Origin: Parvibaculaceae bacterium
GTDB lineage: Bacteria > Pseudomonadota > Alphaproteobacteria > RS24
Direction: 5' to 3'
NCBI GenBank assembly: GCA_965243245.1
Contig: OZ251536.1
Span: 161,638 to 225,637 of the forward strand
DNA: 64,000 bases
Shown here: positions 57,876 through 64,000 of the stretch, piece by piece
Numbering within the stretch: position 1 is the stretch's first letter
Layout: every line of letters begins with the position of its first letter
The notes under the pieces: generated by a model
Database searches by the model: none
Seen by the model: the letters and a program-made list of their open reading frames with translations, nothing else
Told to the model about the DNA's origin: nothing
Translations under genes and position numbers: made by a program

Positions 57876-59506
57876 AAGACAAGGCCTTCAATTTCTCTTT
57901 GCTCGATAAGCGGCCCCGCCCCCACCGGAATCTCACTCGGCCTGAGAGTCACGCTAACAGTATGGTCAGAAAAATTGGCGACATTTGAGCCCGCCCCGCC
58001 AAATTGCACATTAGCTAAACTCGACGTAGAGAAAACCTCAAGCGTTGCATTATCAGGGATAGTACCTTGTGTGAGAGTTACAAACTGGTCCACAGGAACA
58101 CTATTGCTGACGGCATTTGTCTGCGAGTCAAAAACAGCATCCCCGACCCGCCCAAATGCACTTTCTGGCTGGCCCAACTGCACGAGATTATCGGCGGGGA
58201 TAATTTGTCCAAATTCAAAAGCCGCGCCGCCCGTTGCCTCACGCCAGTCGAGTTGCTCTGCTTGCATATTCATAGAGGCTTCAATAAAGGTGGCCACGCC
58301 AACATCATTACCACTGCCGATAGGCTCTGATAGCCCGCGCCCATCCTCAATGCTGAAATTCCCCGTCAGCGAGCTGGTGACTGTCTGGTTGGTGAAATCC
58401 CACACATTGCGCACATTATATGACCCGCACTCACCCGTTTCACAATGACCATTAATGACGACATTATTAGCAAAGAAAGTAGCCGAACCTGTCAGACTGG
58501 CGGCGCGAATATCAGCCAGACTTGTTTGTCCTAAATATTCCGACCCTTGATTGAAAATATCAGCAACATCAGTTCCAAGATTCACGCCGTCAAAGAAATC
58601 TTGTAGCTCTTCGCCTTCCAGCTCTAAAAGGTCTTGGCCTAATAACGACAAAGCCGTCGCGGCTATAAGGGTCCGATCTTGGGTGGTTTCGCCATCAGCA
58701 ATGGCGGCCCCAAGGGTATCACTCAAAACTTCATTACTGGCAAAAGTATCAAGTTCGCCGTCATTATCTGTGTCTTCACCTGTTTGAAGCCGAAGCTCTT
58801 TGACATCAACATCAAGTTCCTTTGCAATTTCGGTAATGGCTTGTTCAGATAAGGACTGTTCAAGTTCTTGAATTTGCTCGTGTGAGGCTTGAACTGGCTT
58901 TGTTGGGCGGGTTTGTTCTGAGCGGGGGCGAATTTGAGTAACAAAGCCCGGGCGGGTAATCTCAATACTGCCAATATCATTCGTCACACTGATGCTACCG
59001 GGGGCAAGCCCAAGCGAATTATTGAGCCCCGGCCCAAGTAAAATAACAGTTGTTGAACCATCTTCTTCAACCTCTCCGGCGACGGATGTGCCGCGCACAC
59101 CGATGGTTGCGGCGGGGGTTTTAACTTTCATGGCATCTGGCGAGGCGATGGCGACTTGCCCTGAAACAAAGCGGAAGGCACCTTGTTTAACCGAAGCTGT
59201 CAAGGTGTTGGCAGAAGCAAGGCTTGGGTCATAGAGAAATTCATCAATTGTCATGGCGGCATTTGCCCCAAGTGTGAAAATCGTTTCATCGAGTAGCATG
59301 ACCTGTAATCGACTTTGCTCGCCGACTTTAATTTCATCACCAAGATAAACCGTATGACCTGATGACATCTGCCCAATAATGGCGGCTCTTTGGGGGGAAC
59401 TTGCTTTGATGACTTGCCCGCGAATACCAGCTGCAACGCCAATTTGTACGGCATGGGCAAATTCACTGCCGGCAAGTAAGAGGATAAAACTTAAAATAAA
59501 ACGCAT
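57857..59506 (-). CDS. Secreted FecR-domain protein with an acidic linker and a C-terminal TbpB/fHbp-like barrel-type region (549 aa)
   Basis: Signal peptide MRFILSFILLLAGSEFAHA. FecR-like region (GQMSSGHTVYLGDEIKVGEQSRLQVMLLDETIFTLGANAAMTIDEF...VKTPAATIGVRGTS). C-terminal GSATFFANN...YNVRNVWDFTNQTVTSSLTGNF...VQFGGAGSNVANF. I prefer the ATG at 59506 to the track start at 59557. Confidence 0.65.
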   Translation of the reverse strand: MRFILSFILLLAGSEFAHAVQIGVAAGIRGQVIKASSPQRAAIIGQMSSGHTVYLGDEIKVGEQSRLQVMLLDETIFTLGANAAMTIDEFLYDPSLASANTLTASVKQGAFRFVSGQVAIASPDAMKVKTPAATIGVRGTSVAGEVEEDGSTTVILLGPGLNNSLGLAPGSISVTNDIGSIEITRPGFVTQIRPRSEQTRPTKPVQASHEQIQELEQSLSEQAITEIAKELDVDVKELRLQTGEDTDNDGELDTFASNEVLSDTLGAAIADGETTQDRTLIAATALSLLGQDLLELEGEELQDFFDGVNLGTDVADIFNQGSEYLGQTSLADIRAASLTGSATFFANNVVINGHCETGECGSYNVRNVWDFTNQTVTSSLTGNFSIEDGRGLSEPIGSGNDVGVATFIEASMNMQAEQLDWREATGGAAFEFGQIIPADNLVQLGQPESAFGRVGDAVFDSQTNAVSNSVPVDQFVTLTQGTIPDNATLEVFSTSSLANVQFGGAGSNVANFSDHTVSVTLRPSEIPVGAGPLIEQREIEGLVFGLETE

Positions 59507-59621
59507 TACAAACTCCAACAAACTCGAGCAAACGCGAACAAACACCAAAAACGCCACTCAGTAATGCGCCGACTATATTTGTTTGTCAGAAATACTGAAA
59601 TGCTATTTTTGATATTCGGAT

Positions 59622-60374
59622 TTATGTTTTAGAACGTTGTATATTAACACCATCTTCAAAGGCTCTAAAAAAAGCTTTGGCAAACAGATTCTCCTGTGCT
59701 TTGAACTCTGGGTGCCATTGAACGCCAACCGTAAAAGCCTTAGCCCCTTTGAGTGAAACGCCCTCAATTGTGCCATCTTCGCAAACCGCTTCAACTTGAA
59801 AACAAGTCGCTAATTTATCAACCGCTTGCCTGTGCAAGCTGTTCACTTTAAAAGATGTTTTGCCAGTCCATTTTTCAAATAACCCATCCTTGGTAAAATG
59901 AACTAGATGGCGAGGGGCATGCTTAATATCACGGTCGAGAGTTTCTGGTGCGCGGTGGTCAAACCGCCCGTCAATTTCATGGACAGCAGGCGTCAAGCGA
60001 CTGCCTAAGGCAACAGTTAGCTCTTGAAACCCGCGGCATACGCCAATCATCGGAATGGCGTTTGCAAGACAACCATGAACAAAGGCGAAGGCTGTTTGGT
60101 CGCGGATTTCATCGTAAGGTGCGTGCATTTCCAAAGGTACTTGCCCATAATGAGACGGGTGAATATTTGACAAGCTCCCTGTCAGCATTAACCCGTCAAT
60201 CAGCTCAAGATAGGGCGTAATATCAAGTCCCGCTTGGCTCGGTATGATAATCGGCGTGACATTGGTTACGCTGGTGAGCCCTTCAATATACTTTTTACCC
60301 GTGCTGGATAGGCGCATATTGTCTTTATAGACGCTGTCGGCAATGATACCGATAATGGGTTTTTTGTTTTTCAT
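59622..60374 (-). CDS. Gamma-glutamyl-gamma-aminobutyrate hydrolase family protein (peptidase C26, class I glutamine amidotransferase-like)
   Basis: KPIIGIIAD..., GVCRGFQEL (nucleophile Cys), VGVQWHPE. Confidence 0.85.
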   Translation of the reverse strand: MKNKKPIIGIIADSVYKDNMRLSSTGKKYIEGLTSVTNVTPIIIPSQAGLDITPYLELIDGLMLTGSLSNIHPSHYGQVPLEMHAPYDEIRDQTAFAFVHGCLANAIPMIGVCRGFQELTVALGSRLTPAVHEIDGRFDHRAPETLDRDIKHAPRHLVHFTKDGLFEKWTGKTSFKVNSLHRQAVDKLATCFQVEAVCEDGTIEGVSLKGAKAFTVGVQWHPEFKAQENLFAKAFFRAFEDGVNIQRSKT

Positions 60375-60428
60375 TTTAATCTTGAAGCGTTATTTTTAAT
60401 CTCTATTTGTATTCTATTTATACTCTAT

Positions 60429-61610
60429 TTATGCTCTCTTTTTAGTGCTCATCTTCAAGCGTTCAAAGCCTTGAGCAAGGTCTTGCTTGAGATCTTCAAC
60501 ATCTTCTAATCCGATATGCAACCGAATGAGAAGCTGGTCAGATGGAAAAGGTCTGACCTTGCGCGGGATAATAGGATAAGGCATGATCAGACTCTCAAAG
60601 CCGCCCCAGCTGAAACCCATCCCAAAATATGTCATATTATCGAGCATTGCGCTCAAAGCCTCATCTGTTTGGGGTGCTATGGTAAAGCTGAATAGCCCCG
60701 TTGCGCCGCTGAATAGTTTTTGCCACAAATCATGTTGCGGATGTGAAGGAAGGGCAGGATGCAGGACGTTTTTAACTAGCTCTTGTTGTTCTAACCATTT
60801 GGCGATTTCAATGCTATTTTGCATGTGCCGTTCAAGCCTGACATCAAGTGTCCGTAAGCCTCGAAGGGCAATGCGCACATCATCTGGGCCGGCGCATAAA
60901 CCAAGCGAGCGGTGCATTTTGCGCAATTGTGTATAGTGTTTCTCATTGCACGTAATCGCGCCGATAAGGGCATCGGCATGGCCACTAATATATTTGGTTA
61001 CTGACTGAACGGATACATCAATTCCAATGCTTAAAGGTTTGAAATATAACGGCGTTGCCCATGTGTTATCTATGATTGTCGTAATATTATGAGCCCGCGC
61101 AATCGCCACAATTTTTTCTAAATCAGCAATCTCCATTGTTTGCGAACCGGGAGCCTCAAGGAAAATAACTTTCGTCTTGGGCGTTATCATGTTTTCGATA
61201 CCCGTGCCAACAGATGGGTCAAAGCAGGTGACATCTACCCCCATGCGACTAAGACCATAATTACAAAATTCCTGACTGGGGAAATAAACATTATCGGTCA
61301 GCAAAATATGGTCGCCCGTTTCAACAAAAGCTAAAATCGACAAAGCACAGGCATTTAATCCAGATGGCGTCAAAACCGTTTTAAAGCCGCCCTCAAGACT
61401 ACATAATGCTTGCTGCAATGCTTCACTCGTGGGCGTAAAATGCCTTCCATAACTATATTGCGGGCGAGGCGCCTTTCCAACGAGTTGCAGATAGCTATCA
61501 TACAAGAACGTAGAGGCATGATAAACAGGCGGGTTGACGGCACCATGATGCAGGGCACTCATTCGCCCATCATGAACAAGTTTGGTTTTGTCTTTTTGTG
61601 AAAAGGTCAT
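60429..61610 (-). CDS. metC: Cystathionine beta-lyase (Cys/Met metabolism PLP enzyme)
   Basis: DNTWATPLYFKPL..GIDVSVQSVTKYISGHAD (PLP lysine) and FSWGGFESL near the C-terminus, typical of MetC. Confidence 0.85.
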   Translation of the reverse strand: MTFSQKDKTKLVHDGRMSALHHGAVNPPVYHASTFLYDSYLQLVGKAPRPQYSYGRHFTPTSEALQQALCSLEGGFKTVLTPSGLNACALSILAFVETGDHILLTDNVYFPSQEFCNYGLSRMGVDVTCFDPSVGTGIENMITPKTKVIFLEAPGSQTMEIADLEKIVAIARAHNITTIIDNTWATPLYFKPLSIGIDVSVQSVTKYISGHADALIGAITCNEKHYTQLRKMHRSLGLCAGPDDVRIALRGLRTLDVRLERHMQNSIEIAKWLEQQELVKNVLHPALPSHPQHDLWQKLFSGATGLFSFTIAPQTDEALSAMLDNMTYFGMGFSWGGFESLIMPYPIIPRKVRPFPSDQLLIRLHIGLEDVEDLKQDLAQGFERLKMSTKKRA

Positions 61611-61735
61611 GGGGATTCCAAAGAGCTATTTAATCATAAAAATATATTATATTATATTGTTTCCATATTATTAGTGTTAAAGTCTTAGTCAATGAAAACC
61701 ATTTAATGAAATCAGTGCTTTTTTGTAATAACGCT

Positions 61736-61776
61736 CGTTTTTCCATAATCGTTTTTCTATAATCGTTTTCCATAAT
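61736..61776. repeat. 14-bp tandem repeat cgtttttccataat x3 (imperfect)
   Basis: Units at 61736, 61750 (cgtttttctataat) and 61764 (13 bp). The array ends 11 bp upstream of the substrate-binding protein start. Confidence 0.85.
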
Positions 61777-61787
61777 AAGGATTAGTC

Positions 61788-62804
61788 ATGATGATATTGC
61801 GTAATTTTACCTTCTTATTTATCTGCACTTTTTTAGTTATCCCATTTTCCCAAGCCTCAACGCTCGACGTGATTAAACAAAAAGGCTATGTGACTTGCGG
61901 GGTCAGTCAGGGATTGCCGGGGTTTTCGAACCCGGACGATCAAGGAAACTGGCAGGGCTTGGATGTAGATATTTGCCGTGCCCTCGCGGCGGCTATTTTT
62001 GGCGATATAGGCAAAGCTAAATTTTTACCCCTATCTGCAAAGGTACGCTTTACAGCCCTCCAATCGGGCGAGGTAGATGTCTTGACGCGTAACACAACAT
62101 GGTCGATGCACCGCGATAGCGCACTTGGCGTTGATTTTCCGGCCATTAGTTTTTATGACGGACAGGGTTTTTTGGTTACCCGAGAACTTGGTATTTCATC
62201 AGCGACGCAACTGAACGGTGCCTCATTATGTGTGAATGCAGGAACGACGACCGAAATAAACGCGGCTGATTATTTTAGAACCAATAAAATGGAATATGAA
62301 ATAAACACTTATGAAAACTCTAATGAAGCCTTAATTGCCTATGATGCAGGTCGCTGTGATGCTTATACGACTGATTTGTCGGGTCTTTATGCCCAGCGTC
62401 TAAAGCTCAAAGTGCCGAGTGAGCATATGATTTTGCCTGAAGTTATTTCTAAAGAACCGCTTGGTCCTTTAGTGCGCGAGGGTGATAATCAATGGAGCGA
62501 TGTGGTGCGGTGGACATTTTATGCCATGCTCACGGCAGAAGAGTTTGGGATAACTTCTGAAAATGTCGAAACGATGAAAGCCTCCCCAAACCCCGCGGTG
62601 CGCAGATTGCTCGGACAAGAGGGTGAACTTGGGGGGCAGTTGGATTTACCACGCGACTGGGCTTACAATATTATTCGCCTCGTTGGGAATTATCAGCAGG
62701 TTTTTGACCGAACAGTCGGCGATAAGTCACCTTTGAAAATTGAGCGCGGACTTAATGCTCTATGGACCAATGGCGGCTTACAATATGCACCACCCATCCG
62801 CTAA
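61788..62804 (+). CDS. General L-amino-acid ABC transporter substrate-binding protein (AapJ/BztA-like)
   Basis: Signal peptide, then TLDVIKQKGYVTCGVSQGLPGFS..D..G.W.G.DVD.CRA.AAA. Confidence 0.85.
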   Translation: MMILRNFTFLFICTFLVIPFSQASTLDVIKQKGYVTCGVSQGLPGFSNPDDQGNWQGLDVDICRALAAAIFGDIGKAKFLPLSAKVRFTALQSGEVDVLTRNTTWSMHRDSALGVDFPAISFYDGQGFLVTRELGISSATQLNGASLCVNAGTTTEINAADYFRTNKMEYEINTYENSNEALIAYDAGRCDAYTTDLSGLYAQRLKLKVPSEHMILPEVISKEPLGPLVREGDNQWSDVVRWTFYAMLTAEEFGITSENVETMKASPNPAVRRLLGQEGELGGQLDLPRDWAYNIIRLVGNYQQVFDRTVGDKSPLKIERGLNALWTNGGLQYAPPIR

Positions 62805-62824
62805 GCCATTTTGCGGAGCTAATC

Positions 62825-63976
62825 GTGTATATCTGGCAAGATAGAAAAGGGCGCGCTTTACTCTTTCAACTGGTTTTACTGGCGGCGGTTGGATTATCCT
62901 TTTGGTGGTTGTTCTCGAACACATTAACCAACCTTGAACAGCGTAATATTACGACTGGCTTTGGGTTTCTTTCTCAGCAAACAGGCTTTGATGTGAATTT
63001 CAGCCTGCTTGATTATGACGAAACCTCTACATTTGGACGTTTGCTCTTTGTCGGGCTGGCAAATACAGCATTGGTGGCGGTCGTTGGCATTTTCTTTGCG
63101 ACTTTGCTTGGCTTTACCATTGGTATTATGCGGCTGTCCTCTAATTGGGTGGTCGCACATATTGCGACTTCTTATGTTGAAATTATCCGTAATTTACCCT
63201 TATTGTTACAAATTTTGTTTTGGTATTCTGCTCTGTTGAATTTCCTGCCGCGCCCAAAGCAAAGCTTGGCTTTGCTTGAGCTGGTTTATCTCAATAAACG
63301 CGGATTGTTTTTGCCTAAGTTGGAGATGACCTCGTCTTTATCGGTTTTCATCGCTGTTTTGCTGGTTGGCTTTGTAATTTTTATGTTTACCTCTCGGTTT
63401 AATCGTCAAAAACGCTTGCTCACGGGTAAGTCCTCACAGAGCCGTTTTTATGTGCTTGGCACTATGGTGATGGCACTTATTGGCGTCGGGTTTGCGGCGG
63501 ATAATCTGGTGGCATTAGATACCCCTGTTTTGCGCGGGTTTAACTTTCAAGGCGGGCTTAGGCTGACGCCTGAGCTTGTCGCGCTTTTACTTGCGCTTAT
63601 TAGTTATACGGCAGCCTTTATCGCCGAGATTGTGCGGGCGGGCATACAGTCAGTTTCAAAAGGTCAGGTCGAGGCGGCAAAAGCACTTGGTCTTAAAAAT
63701 TTCCAAACACTCAAAAGGGTGATTATTCCCCAAGCCATGCGGGTGATTATTCCGCCTTTAACGAGCCAATATCTTAATTTGACTAAAAACTCATCGCTGG
63801 CGGCGGCCATTGCTTATCCTGAGCTTGTGTCTGTTTTTGCTGGAACTGCCTTGAACCAGACGGGGCAGGCAATAGAGATTTTATTTATCACGATGACAAT
63901 CTATCTTGGCTTGAGTCTTTTGGCGGCAGGCTTGATGAATTGGTATAATGACCGTGTGAAGTTGGTCGAGCGATAA
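62825..63976 (+). CDS. Amino-acid ABC transporter permease (AapQ/BztB-like)
   Basis: Polytopic permease with the EAA-type loop (GQVEAAKALGLKNFQTLKRVIIPQA). Start uncertain: GTG at 62825, just after the upstream stop. The track start at 62762 overlaps the previous gene. Confidence 0.8.
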   Translation: MYIWQDRKGRALLFQLVLLAAVGLSFWWLFSNTLTNLEQRNITTGFGFLSQQTGFDVNFSLLDYDETSTFGRLLFVGLANTALVAVVGIFFATLLGFTIGIMRLSSNWVVAHIATSYVEIIRNLPLLLQILFWYSALLNFLPRPKQSLALLELVYLNKRGLFLPKLEMTSSLSVFIAVLLVGFVIFMFTSRFNRQKRLLTGKSSQSRFYVLGTMVMALIGVGFAADNLVALDTPVLRGFNFQGGLRLTPELVALLLALISYTAAFIAEIVRAGIQSVSKGQVEAAKALGLKNFQTLKRVIIPQAMRVIIPPLTSQYLNLTKNSSLAAAIAYPELVSVFAGTALNQTGQAIEILFITMTIYLGLSLLAAGLMNWYNDRVKLVER

Positions 63977-63977
63977 G

Positions 63978-64000
63978 ATGGTCTCTTTGGGTAAAAAATC
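63978..64000 (+). CDS. First 7 codons of a further ORF (probably the second ABC permease), truncated by the window edge
   Basis: ATG at 63978, 2 bp after the previous stop; MVSLGKK... Operon context is the only support. Confidence 0.3.

Overview
This window looks like a core chromosomal segment of an alphaproteobacterium. That inference rests on gene order: dapA-smpB, rpoZ-spoT, pdxJ-acpS-lepB-rnc-era-recO-parC, glyA-nrdR-ribD-ribE-ribBA-ribH-nusB-thiL, plsX-fabH-ihfA-merR-tRNA-Pro, DUF2842/ctaA, rplM-rpsI, and aminotransferase-hom-glpX-recJ. I call about 62 protein-coding genes, 5 tRNAs (Ser-GCU, Pro-GGG, Glu-UUC, Pro-UGG, Arg-UCU, all with encoded CCA) and one decayed gene (yceD/DUF177). 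I found no rRNA, CRISPR array, transposase or integrase. Most of the window is housekeeping. Five things stand out. (1) A minus-strand gene pair at 56.5-59.5 kb encodes a secreted FecR-domain protein followed by a TPR plus beta-barrel outer-membrane protein that resembles Slam/DUF560 (type XI secretion); the gene junction is a 21-bp x4 repeat. (2) An AT-rich insertion of about 1 kb lies between hppA and bamE. It is bounded by a 25-bp direct repeat that duplicates the bamE 3' end, and it carries two small orphan ORFs. (3) A perfect 130-bp x5 tandem array has units that each contain the first 12 nt of tRNA-Ser. A truncated phage-type lysozyme gene lies on the other side of that tRNA. (4) The window has a very high density of short tandem repeats. 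They flank four of the five tRNAs, and where they fall inside genes they preserve the reading frame. (5) A NalP-like lipoprotein S8 protease carries an autotransporter-like C-terminus. All product calls come from reading the supplied translations by eye; no database search was run.
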